Virus record (IMG/VR): IMGVR_UViG_3300042471_001765 | Location: 1 to 55,846 of that record | DNA length: 55,846 nucleotides | DNA from: a virus | Lineage: Duplodnaviria > Caudoviricetes | Reading direction: 5' to 3' (one strand) | Part shown: positions 18,079 to 26,423 of the stretch, one piece after another | Position numbering within the stretch: the stretch's first letter is position 1 | How the letters are laid out: each line of letters begins with the position of its first letter | Translations under genes and position numbers: made by a program | Notes under the pieces: generated by a model | What the model saw: the letters and a program-made list of their open reading frames with translations, nothing else | The model's database searches: none | What the model was told of the DNA's origin: nothing

Positions 18079-18398
18079 ATTACAGCAGGCGTTACGGTAA
18101 TCCTAAAAAATACCGGAAACAATGCGCGATCGCACACACCAATACTCACGGGCTGTGTTGCGTTTGCATGAATAATCCATCGCAAGAGTTGCACCATGGA
18201 TTTTACGGTAAAGATATTATCGGCATTTCTGTATTTCCTGTATGCACTCGCTGTCATCAGATGGTATGTCACAGCAAAGAAAACTGGATTAGAGATAAAA
18301 CAAATCCAGTGTGGAGAAATAGAAATACATCTAGTTTTTTAGCTAGATTGCAAATAGGCTACAAACTACTTTATGGAGGGATTCATCATGAAAAATGA
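18075..18398 (+). CDS. HNH-type endonuclease
   Basis: CCVC...ELHH...PVCTRCH...CH zinc/HNH pattern; ATGA-coupled to the ATPase. Confidence 0.65.
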   Translation: MNYSRRYGNPKKYRKQCAIAHTNTHGLCCVCMNNPSQELHHGFYGKDIIGISVFPVCTRCHQMVCHSKENWIRDKTNPVWRNRNTSSFLARLQIGYKLLYGGIHHEK

Positions 18399-18511
18399 AC
18401 AGCTATTCAATGTTTACCAAAAATGCTTAATAGAAGATGGATACACGCCATCAGTGGCAGCTAAAATGGCAGAAATTTTAGAAAGAAAAACTAACCCAAA
18501 GGAGAAAAAAA

Positions 18512-18754
18512 ATGAAAAGTAAAATTATGTTTTGTGCGTTTTCTGCGATCGCATTCAGTTTGACTTGTGCATATGGAGTAGCTCAAATCAATCTAGCTAT
18601 TCACAAGCACGAATGCGCACAGCACCACTGGGCAATACAGCAAGCCTGTAATACCTGGATAACACCGGGGGCATTGTGGAGGGGTGCTAAAGCCGGAGCC
18701 TCCACAGGCGCGATCACTGGGGCTGTAATTAGTTTGGCGGTAATTAAATTCTAA
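18512..18754 (+). CDS. Small membrane/secreted protein
   Basis: AAGGAG RBS; hydrophobic N- and C-termini. Confidence 0.55.
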   Translation: MKSKIMFCAFSAIAFSLTCAYGVAQINLAIHKHECAQHHWAIQQACNTWITPGALWRGAKAGASTGAITGAVISLAVIKF

Positions 18755-18877
18755 AGAGGGGTAATGGCTTACTACACAGTAATTATTGATGGGAAAAAAT
18801 TTAGAGTCTACGCCAGCGATCCGGCTGATGCTTACATCAAAGCGATCGCACAAAGTAGAAAGTAAAAAGGAGAAACA

Positions 18878-19465
18878 ATGCAAGTATTAATTTGGGGAGA
18901 TTACGCCTGCTTCACGCGTCCGGAATTGAAAGCAGAGCCATTTTCGTACAATTACCCCACCTTTAGCGCGATCACAGGGGTGCTAGAGAATATCTACTGG
19001 AAGCCTGAAATGAAATACAAAATTAATTTTATTTTAGTTTGCAATCCAATTAAGAGGGCAAAATTTAAAATTAATGGCATCCAGGATAAGGCAAAAATAT
19101 CCAACATTGGCGGGATTCTAGCCGATGATTATAGTGTGCGCACACAAAGGAATTTAAATGTTTTGAAAAATGTGCGATATGTAGTAGATTTTGAGATTGA
19201 TCCACAGCGAACCGTGGACATCAAAAAACACAATTCCATCATCTACCGAAGGATTGAAAAAGGACAATATTATCACCATCCATGCCTGGGGTTTAAGAAA
19301 TTCCCTGCTTATTTTTCATTTCCAGTTGGTGATGAAAAAGGGCATCCATCCTTACTAGATGAGGAATATGTGGCTTTAAAGTACCTAAATTTTACAGGAA
19401 GCAAGGTCAAGCCTGAGTTTGGAATTTATCAAATTACGAAGGGTAAAATATGCTGCTTGAATTAG
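18878..19465 (+). CDS. cas5: Type I-C Cas5 (Cas5c/Cas5d)
   Basis: WGDYACFTRPELKAE..SY..PT.SA..G.LE.IYWKP and Y..PCLG...FPAYF are diagnostic. Confidence 0.95.
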   Translation: MQVLIWGDYACFTRPELKAEPFSYNYPTFSAITGVLENIYWKPEMKYKINFILVCNPIKRAKFKINGIQDKAKISNIGGILADDYSVRTQRNLNVLKNVRYVVDFEIDPQRTVDIKKHNSIIYRRIEKGQYYHHPCLGFKKFPAYFSFPVGDEKGHPSLLDEEYVALKYLNFTGSKVKPEFGIYQITKGKICCLN

Positions 19466-21003
19466 CCGAATTAGGCAAAAAATTAGAAGCACAAGGGTTA
19501 TTGGCTCCTTTTGGCTATGGCTTTATATCCATAGCATGGGAGTTGATGCTAAATGAAGACTCTGTAGATATAATTCCAGTGGCTACAGATTCAAAGCTAA
19601 AAACAAAAAAAATGTGTATTCCCGACATTGCTAGGAATAACACAAATCCCATCGCTCCCTGCGATAGTGCCGAATATGTACTAGGCTTAGGCGATCGCGG
19701 TGAATCGAGACACCAAAAATACTTGAATCTTCTCAAAGAATTGTACGGAGACCTGGAACTAGGACGCAAATTACATCAAGTCTTGACAGAAAAAAAATAC
19801 ACTGTTCCCACAAAAATGAATAGTGGCGATCGCTTGGTTATCAGCTTCGATGGTGTGTTCTTACATGAATTACCAGAATTTAAATCTCGGTGGATTTTAT
19901 ACGTAAATTCACAGCAAGAAACAATTACTGGAACTTGTAGCTTATCGGGTAAGGAATGCCAGGCTTTTGAAAAAACCATCCCAAAAAAGATCAAAGGCGT
20001 GCGGGGAAGCTTATCTTCTGGTGCTGCTTTAATCAGCTTCGATAAAGACTTCTCTCAAAGCTATGGATGGAAAAATAATGAAAATGCCTTAATAGATAAA
20101 GACATAATCTTACTAGCGTACCGATCGCTAGAATGGATTTTGAATGAAAAAACAACCCACTGGCATTGTGGGAACGATGATCTGACTTTCATTTTTTGGG
20201 GTGACGCTAGCGAGGGAATCCATGATGATATTTGGAATAGCGACATCACTAAAATCGACGGTGCTTTTACATCACTGGATGGTAATGGTTATCGTCGGAA
20301 ATATCCTCTATCTAATAGCTTTGTTTTTTGCACTCTCAAGGGCAACAGCGGGAGGATTTCGTTAGAAGATGTTGGAAAGATTAGCGCCGAAAACATTAGA
20401 AGCAACATAGAAAGATTTTTCCAGGATCAATTAATCAATGAATCCTGGAAACCTTACCCCATATGGCGACTAGTTTCTACAATGTACAAAAATCCAAAAA
20501 AAGAGTACACGAAAGATATTAAAAAATCACTTGCTGAATTAATGCTTTTTGGTACTCCATTACCTCGAAAAGTGGTAACATTATTATTAGCTAGAATATA
20601 CGCCGATCGCGACATAAAAAGCAGAGCCAATATTTTAGCCTTGTATGCAAAAACAACATTACTTCAAAATAAGAAGATGAAAAGTAAACAAGCAGAAGCT
20701 TTAGGACGCATAGCTTTTTGCCTGCATCAAGCACAATCCATCCAGAGAGGGAGTAGCAATACAAACATTATCAAATGTTTAAAAGCCTTAGCCCATTATC
20801 CTTGTAAACATTTTCATAGACTTTTAATCTCTTTTCAAAGAGATTATTTCCTTGTCACCCTATCCACTCGTATAGGTGAGCTATCGAGGGGATTAGAAAT
20901 ACCGGAAACACTTACAAAAGAAGAGCAGACCGTATTCATGCTCGGATTCATACAGGAACAAGATGAATACTGGTCCGCTAAAAACAAAGAGGTAACTCAA
21001 TGA
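19450..21003 (+). CDS. cas8c: Type I-C Cas8c (Csd1)
   Basis: D.AEYVLG, CSLSG, KIKGV, GAALISFDK...SYG and KGNSGRIS motifs; located between cas5 and cas7. Confidence 0.9.
   Translation: MLLELAELGKKLEAQGLLAPFGYGFISIAWELMLNEDSVDIIPVATDSKLKTKKMCIPDIARNNTNPIAPCDSAEYVLGLGDRGESRHQKYLNLLKELYGDLELGRKLHQVLTEKKYTVPTKMNSGDRLVISFDGVFLHELPEFKSRWILYVNSQQETITGTCSLSGKECQAFEKTIPKKIKGVRGSLSSGAALISFDKDFSQSYGWKNNENALIDKDIILLAYRSLEWILNEKTTHWHCGNDDLTFIFWGDASEGIHDDIWNSDITKIDGAFTSLDGNGYRRKYPLSNSFVFCTLKGNSGRISLEDVGKISAENIRSNIERFFQDQLINESWKPYPIWRLVSTMYKNPKKEYTKDIKKSLAELMLFGTPLPRKVVTLLLARIYADRDIKSRANILALYAKTTLLQNKKMKSKQAEALGRIAFCLHQAQSIQRGSSNTNIIKCLKALAHYPCKHFHRLLISFQRDYFLVTLSTRIGELSRGLEIPETLTKEEQTVFMLGFIQEQDEYWSAKNKEVTQ
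20677..21003 (+). CDS. cas11: Putative Cas11c from an in-frame internal start in cas8c
   Basis: In-frame ATG after AAGAAG giving MKSKQAEALGRIAF...EEQTVFMLGF, matching the LGR...F.LG domain known to be translated separately in type I-C. Confidence 0.6.
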   Translation: MKSKQAEALGRIAFCLHQAQSIQRGSSNTNIIKCLKALAHYPCKHFHRLLISFQRDYFLVTLSTRIGELSRGLEIPETLTKEEQTVFMLGFIQEQDEYWSAKNKEVTQ

Positions 21004-21806
21004 TAACGCAATCCACAACGCGCCATGACGCGATGGCATTCATAGAAGTAATCGACGGGAACCCCAACGGTGACCCGGATAACAATAATGAGCCACGCAG
21101 TGATATATCGACTGGACAAGGGTTGATATCTGATGTGTCCCTCAAAAGGCAAATCAGGAATACCCGCACCCTGAGCGGGTATGATGACATCTTCATCAAA
21201 CAAGGGGCTGCACTAAACGCACTGATGGAAGAGTGCTGGGGTAAATCTAAATTCAATTTAAACACCGACAGGGAAAATATCACCAACATTTTAATTGAAA
21301 AATACTGGGATATAAGAATGTTTGGGCAAGTCCTCAGTACAGGAAAAACACCAGGCTACCCTGTCCGGGGGTGCTTACAGATATCTTTCGGACGCTCCCT
21401 AGATCCGATTGAAATAGCCGAACACACCATTACCCGGTGTGCTAGCGCCAAACAGGAAGAAGAAAAAGAAAATAAAACCATGGGGAATAAAATGACAGTC
21501 CCGTATGGACTTTACACCTTTCGCATTGCTTTTTGCCCAAACAATAAAGCTAGTGATGAAGATTTAGAGTTTTTCTGGCAAGCTCTAAAATCTTGCTGGG
21601 AACTGAATAGATCAGCTAGCAGGGGGTTTATGGCGACAAGGCAAATAGTAATTTTCTCCCATGAAAGCCGTTTAGGATCAGCCCCGACACATGATTTGTT
21701 TGATACTGTATCTGTAGCCAAACAAGTTGAATTCCCCAGAAAATGGGAAGATTACAAAATTACTTACAAGGATATTCCAGAGGGGATATCCAGAACCATT
21801 TTGTAA
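21000..21806 (+). CDS. cas7: Type I-C Cas7 (Csd2)
   Basis: GNPNGDPD..NEPR, SDVSLKRQIR, DIRMFG, TITR and MGNK..VPYGLY motifs. Confidence 0.96.
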   Translation: MITQSTTRHDAMAFIEVIDGNPNGDPDNNNEPRSDISTGQGLISDVSLKRQIRNTRTLSGYDDIFIKQGAALNALMEECWGKSKFNLNTDRENITNILIEKYWDIRMFGQVLSTGKTPGYPVRGCLQISFGRSLDPIEIAEHTITRCASAKQEEEKENKTMGNKMTVPYGLYTFRIAFCPNNKASDEDLEFFWQALKSCWELNRSASRGFMATRQIVIFSHESRLGSAPTHDLFDTVSVAKQVEFPRKWEDYKITYKDIPEGISRTIL

Positions 21807-21811
21807 TTCCT

Positions 21812-21832
21812 TAAGCCCTTCGGGGCTTTTTA
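21812..21832 (+). terminator. Hairpin between cas7 and cas3
   Basis: AAGCCC-TTCG-GGGCTT followed by a T-run. Confidence 0.65.
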
Positions 21833-21836
21833 ATAA

Positions 21837-23822
21837 ATGCAAAAACAATTTTATGCTCGCATCTCAGATTCCCGCGGGCAACTTCTAAAAAATCACCTCT
21901 TGGAAGTTGCCAACCTAATGAATGAAAGATCCAAAGAAAAATTCAGGATTTACGCTTATTACATAGGCTTATGGCACGACTTAGGCAAATACAGAGAAGA
22001 ATGGCAGAATTACTTGATTAATGCGATCGCGGGCAAGAACCAAGAGCGTATTCATCACGCAGGGTATGGTGCTTGTGTATGTGAGCATCCTGTAATTAAT
22101 GGAATTATCGCGGGTCACCATAGTTCTATCAAGCCGCCGGAGCAAATAGGTGAAAATAGTATGGCTTTCGCTAAATACGAGAAAGAATATCAAGAATGTA
22201 TTGCCAACGCCACCCAAGAGATACCCCACTTTATCCAAGAAATTCCCAGAATCAAGCAAGCGCCAAACAATCGAGATGTAATGGCGAGGATGCTTTACTC
22301 ATTACTGATTGATAGCGATCGCTTAAATGCCCACTGCTTCTCAACATCCACCGATTGGAATGAGATTATTGATAATTCCGGCAGGGTGGTAATCAATATT
22401 AATATTCCCAGACACAATGAAAATACCTCAATCAATTCACTAAGAAATAAGTTTAGAACCACAGCCCTAAAAGCAGCCAAGAACAAACCAGGGTTGTACA
22501 AGCTCACCGGAGCCACAGGAATAGGCAAAACATATACAGCTTTTGAGTTTGCAGCATTGCACAACAACTTTAACAAAATGAATGGAGTTGTTTATGTTGC
22601 TCCTTTTAATAGCATATTAGACCAGACATCATCAGCAATTCACAAAATAGTTGAAAACGAAATACTAGATCACTATGGCAGCTTTGACAATTCAGACTCA
22701 CCAGCCATGCGCATTTCCTGTTCTCGGTGGGACAAACCAGTTATCTTGACTAGCATGGTACAACTGCTATCTAGTATGTTCAGCGATCGCGCGACGAAAG
22801 TCAGGAAATTACAAGGCTTAATCGATAGAGTAATCATCATTGATGAACCCCAATCTTTACCAATAAAATGCATTACTCCCATCCTAAATATGTTGTCTGC
22901 ATTAGTGGAAGATTGGGGATGTTCGGTAATATTCATGTCCGCCACGCAACCAGTATTTAATAATATTGGCACTTGGAATTTTCAAGATATCATCTCAAAA
23001 GATTTTCATCGCGATCACTCCTTAAAGCGAGCTAATTATAAATACTATCCAGAGCCAATGAAGTGGAAAGAATTACAAAATAAAGTTTGTTTGGAGTCAA
23101 TGGCATTAATTATTTTCAGTACCACTCAAAATGCCAGAGATTTCTATCATCAATTAAAAGTAGCCACCGACAAACCAGTACTGCATTTAAGCAGTAAGAT
23201 GTACATCCTGCATCGCAAGCAAGTATTAAGCCAAGTCCGTCGGTTGTTGGCAGAAGACAAAGATTTTTACTTAATCTCTACCCAAGTAGTAGAAGCTGGA
23301 ATTGATCTTGATTTTCCCTGTGTATTCAGGCAAATAGCCCCTATTCCTTCAATCATTCAAGCCCAAGGACGACTTAACAGAGAAGGTAAAAGAGACCCCA
23401 AAAATTCATGGCTACACATTTTTAATCTTGCAGAAGGAAACATACTGCCAGAAGATATCAAAGGCGCGGCAATTTCTCACACCCTATTAACACAAAACAA
23501 AGATTTAAATGACCTCAATGACATCTATTATCGTCGCTACTTGACAACCACCACCGACACCGGAGAAGAAATCGAAGCCCTCAGATACCAACAAAAATAT
23601 GATCAAGTAGCCGAAAAATTCAACATCATAGAAAATCAAAACACAGTCCTGGTTTTAGCTGAAGATTTTTTGAAAGACTATCAATATAAATCCCTCACAC
23701 CATCAGATTGGCAGATACTGCGATCATATACAGTCAACACCAGATCAAATAATTATATTGAATGGATAAATGGTATTTTGTGCTGGAATGGTGGGTATGA
23801 TGAGTGTGGAATTATGATATAA
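21837..23822 (+). CDS. cas3: Cas3 HD nuclease-helicase (compact, 661 aa)
   Basis: H..HDLGK, GHH and LIDSD (HD domain); TGIGKT, IIIDEPQ, MSAT, TQVVEAGIDLDF and QAQGRLNREG (SF2 helicase). Confidence 0.95.
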   Translation: MQKQFYARISDSRGQLLKNHLLEVANLMNERSKEKFRIYAYYIGLWHDLGKYREEWQNYLINAIAGKNQERIHHAGYGACVCEHPVINGIIAGHHSSIKPPEQIGENSMAFAKYEKEYQECIANATQEIPHFIQEIPRIKQAPNNRDVMARMLYSLLIDSDRLNAHCFSTSTDWNEIIDNSGRVVININIPRHNENTSINSLRNKFRTTALKAAKNKPGLYKLTGATGIGKTYTAFEFAALHNNFNKMNGVVYVAPFNSILDQTSSAIHKIVENEILDHYGSFDNSDSPAMRISCSRWDKPVILTSMVQLLSSMFSDRATKVRKLQGLIDRVIIIDEPQSLPIKCITPILNMLSALVEDWGCSVIFMSATQPVFNNIGTWNFQDIISKDFHRDHSLKRANYKYYPEPMKWKELQNKVCLESMALIIFSTTQNARDFYHQLKVATDKPVLHLSSKMYILHRKQVLSQVRRLLAEDKDFYLISTQVVEAGIDLDFPCVFRQIAPIPSIIQAQGRLNREGKRDPKNSWLHIFNLAEGNILPEDIKGAAISHTLLTQNKDLNDLNDIYYRRYLTTTTDTGEEIEALRYQQKYDQVAEKFNIIENQNTVLVLAEDFLKDYQYKSLTPSDWQILRSYTVNTRSNNYIEWINGILCWNGGYDECGIMI

Positions 23823-23830
23823 TGGGGGGA

Positions 23831-24006
23831 GTAACAATCCCTCGCAAGGGGGGTTGAGGATTGTAATTAGGAAGCGCTAGATTGTCAGGGCTTAACGGTA
23901 ACAATCCCTCGCAAGGGGGGTTGAGGATTTTAACATCGAAATACACCCAAAAAAGCGCGCGAGCCGGGAGTAACAATCCCTCGCAAGGGGGGTTGAGGAT
24001 TGTAAC
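23831..24006 (+). CRISPR. Mini CRISPR array: three 37-bp repeats, two spacers (30 and 35 nt)
   Basis: Repeat GTAACAATCCCTCGCAAGGGGGGTTGAGGATTGTAAC at 23831-23867, 23898-23934 and 23970-24006 (at most 1 mismatch each). Spacers TAGGAAGCGCTAGATTGTCAGGGCTTAACG and ATCGAAATACACCCAAAAAAGCGCGCGAGCCGGGA. Confidence 0.93.
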
Positions 24007-24050
24007 GAGGATTGCAACAATGTAACAACCACGGAGCCATATCAGACAGT

Positions 24051-24090
24051 AATAAAAACACCCGGTGCGGCAACACCGGGTTTTTATTTA
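24051..24090 (+). terminator. Terminator closing the CRISPR transcript
   Basis: acccggtg-cggcaa-caccgggt-ttttattt. Confidence 0.75.
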
Positions 24091-24311
24091 AAAAAAATCC
24101 CGTCCCTGGCAAATCATGCAAAATACCATAATCCCTATCTTCCCCACACACAATCAAGGCTTATTCCTGCATCTATAAAAGCTTTTTTATTAAATCGTGC
24201 CTACTGGTGAGGCATAGAGGCGCGATCGCGGGCAACAACCATTAACTGATAAGCAATTGACTAGGGACATGACATCTGCATTATTATTAAAAAAGTAATT
24301 GCCATAATCCT

Positions 24312-24545
24312 ATGAAAAAATTTAAAGTTATAATCCTGGGAAAATTAAGAAAATTTGGCGCGAAAGGCGCAGTCATTAAGCCCGGAACAAAAAAAGGTGA
24401 TAGCTACTGCGCGCGATCGCTCAAAATCAGAAAATGTAAAAATCCCCCATGTGCCAATGACTTATCACGGGCTGCATGGGGGTGTGTAGGCAAGAAGTCC
24501 TACAAAAGCCGGGTAAGGTTTCCCAAAAAAACAATCCGGCTTTAG
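24312..24545 (+). CDS. Small very basic Cys-containing protein
   Basis: K-rich with a GTKKGDSYCARS motif. Confidence 0.55.
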   Translation: MKKFKVIILGKLRKFGAKGAVIKPGTKKGDSYCARSLKIRKCKNPPCANDLSRAAWGCVGKKSYKSRVRFPKKTIRL

Positions 24546-24985
24546 TTAATGTCGTTAAAAAATACAACTTCCACGTCGATGTGATCGTAGTCTTCAGTGA
24601 CTACGCTTTTTAAATGGGAATTAAACTTAATTCCCTTAATATTTTTATACTCCTTAACCTTAACATCGCCATAGAATTTGGCAACTCCTATATCCGGAGT
24701 AGCGAAAAGGACTGAATACTCACTATCCGGTCTTGATGACCGAACACCTCGGTACAGCAGGGGAAATATTTCCCCATGATTGGCTACAGCCCATCTCAAC
24801 GCTGCGATCGCTAGCAGCGTTGAGGGTTTGGGATTTTGATGGTAATTGCCTTGCATGGAAGCAAGGCGAATCTGGCGGTGGGCGTAATACAGATTAAGGA
24901 AATCAACATCTGGCGGAACTTCATCCAAATCGGTGATCATGAGATCACCATCCTTAAACCAGAAATACGAAAATTCATGAAACAT
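24542..24985 (-). CDS. Hypothetical protein, possible ADP-ribosyltransferase-like fold
   Basis: LYRG...FATPD..VAKFYG...VEVVF spacing. Confidence 0.35.
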   Translation of the reverse strand: MFHEFSYFWFKDGDLMITDLDEVPPDVDFLNLYYAHRQIRLASMQGNYHQNPKPSTLLAIAALRWAVANHGEIFPLLYRGVRSSRPDSEYSVLFATPDIGVAKFYGDVKVKEYKNIKGIKFNSHLKSVVTEDYDHIDVEVVFFNDIN

Positions 24986-25508
24986 TTTTTACCCCCTTTG
25001 ATAATAATTCCAATTCTGAGACCAAACAGCACAAGTCCACTCGGTCTCTTCCTGTCAAGAATTTTAGCGATCCTTTGATCGCTACTAATGAATCCTTGCG
25101 GACAAAATTACTGAATTCAGCAACCTTGCCCCACATTTCCAGTGGGAGCCACTCGGTGGTAGCTCCCGGTCTTTCCAATTCCAAAAAGGAAGTGGCTTTA
25201 CACTTTCCTGATTGGAAATACCGAATTACTGGATCCTTAAGGACAGCGCCTACAAGAATCCAAGTATTAATTTTGCCTTCGCATACTTGCAGATGAGAGC
25301 TACTCATTTGCAACTTGGGGACTTGGATATAATTCAAGCCCCCGGATACCACCACTTCTTGCCCCTCTCGAACAGAGGGGATGAATGCCGGGCTTCCCCA
25401 GCATTCAATCTCTTGTCCTCCTACTTGAATGTAGGAGAATAAAACATTATCGTTCCTCAATATTTGTGGGCGGGTGACTACCCCGCCAATCGTTATACTA
25501 TTGATCAT
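24975..25508 (-). CDS. ssb: Single-stranded DNA-binding protein (two OB folds)
   Basis: INSITIGG..., then LVGAVLKDPVIRYFQSGK...WLPLEMWGKVAE..FVRKDSLVAIKGSLK, a cyanobacterial SSB pattern. Confidence 0.8.
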   Translation of the reverse strand: MINSITIGGVVTRPQILRNDNVLFSYIQVGGQEIECWGSPAFIPSVREGQEVVVSGGLNYIQVPKLQMSSSHLQVCEGKINTWILVGAVLKDPVIRYFQSGKCKATSFLELERPGATTEWLPLEMWGKVAEFSNFVRKDSLVAIKGSLKFLTGRDRVDLCCLVSELELLSKGVKNVS

Positions 25509-25662
25509 TAAGAAAATTACGCGCGATCACGATCGCGTCTTTTAGCTCGATAAATTCTCCGTAGGACTTAATCACCGCGCGAGTAGCTAAAACAATCGGT
25601 GATTCTGCTGTTTTGTTTTCACTACTGTATTTTTTATACAGCTTTTTTGCTTCTGGCGTCAT
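25498..25662 (-). CDS. Small hypothetical protein (54 aa, MTPEAKKLY...)
   Basis: Manual translation; preceded by an AAAGAGG RBS and the shared promoter. Confidence 0.6.
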   Translation of the reverse strand: MTPEAKKLYKKYSSENKTAESPIVLATRAVIKSYGEFIELKDAIVIARNFLNDQ

Positions 25663-25669
25663 TGTTTTT

Positions 25670-25723
25670 GCCTCTTTGCTTACCTACCCTTATATAGTAT
25701 CCTGATACTTTCCAAGTTGTCAA
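25670..25723 (-). promoter_or_regulatory. Promoter of the shared family with palindromic operator
   Basis: Minus strand TTGACA...AGTATCAGGATACTATATAAGGGTAG...AAAGAGG. Confidence 0.75.
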
Positions 25724-25769
25724 GGGGTTTCCAAAACTTTTTTTTTGAAAAATATCAGGATAAATAAAA

Positions 25770-26423
25770 TCAAATGTACAAAGCCTTCTGCCATCTCTTA
25801 ATGGCAGTCAAGCTTACATCTTTGACATTGGCTGCATATGCAGCCATGACCTGATCGCGATCAAGCCCCTGGGACTCAGCCCACTCAATCGCCATATCGC
25901 CAACGAGTTTGCTGTATACCCTTACCAGATCAGAGCTAGTCAAACCCTGATCTGACAACCAATCCAGCACCCATGTGCGATCGAATCCGAGAAATTCCCG
26001 GATTTCTTGAATGAGAGCGCCGATTTCGTTGATGGTCTTGCCATTGCCATTACCGCCATTGCCACTGCCGACACCATTACCGTCGGTATCCTCATCTGCG
26101 GTAATGCACAGAATAGAACAAATGCTGTATCGCCTTCCGTACGTGATGGCAGCACCCATTTTCTGAGCATCCAGCCCAGAAGGAAGAAGATAAGACGAAT
26201 AAATTGACTGCCCACTCTCGTGGTAGAGAGTGGTGATAAGCTTACCCTCGTCGAGGGTTTGCACGACTGCCAAGCCGTGCCGACACAGGCACGGCACTAC
26301 AGAGTCCAAAATGCTATCAAGGGAAGCGTACCTAACCCCCTTGAACGCGGGATTGAGTTTATCTTTAGGGATCTTTGGGAACTCCGATCGCGCCCTGATT
26401 AGGGCTTTTATGAGTTCATTCAT
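25770..26423 (-). CDS. ERF-family ssDNA annealing protein
   Basis: NPAFK..YASLDSI, TTLYHESGQ and AQKMGAAITYGRRY...DEDTDG motifs. Confidence 0.92.
   Translation of the reverse strand: MNELIKALIRARSEFPKIPKDKLNPAFKGVRYASLDSILDSVVPCLCRHGLAVVQTLDEGKLITTLYHESGQSIYSSYLLPSGLDAQKMGAAITYGRRYSICSILCITADEDTDGNGVGSGNGGNGNGKTINEIGALIQEIREFLGFDRTWVLDWLSDQGLTSSDLVRVYSKLVGDMAIEWAESQGLDRDQVMAAYAANVKDVSLTAIKRWQKALYI

Noticed and set aside
23868-23969. Self-targeting by array spacers
   Set aside because: No convincing match found by eye in the window; an alignment search is needed to exclude partial matches.
23930-24157. Minus-strand ORF over the CRISPR array
   Set aside because: Incidental reading frame through repeats and the terminator.
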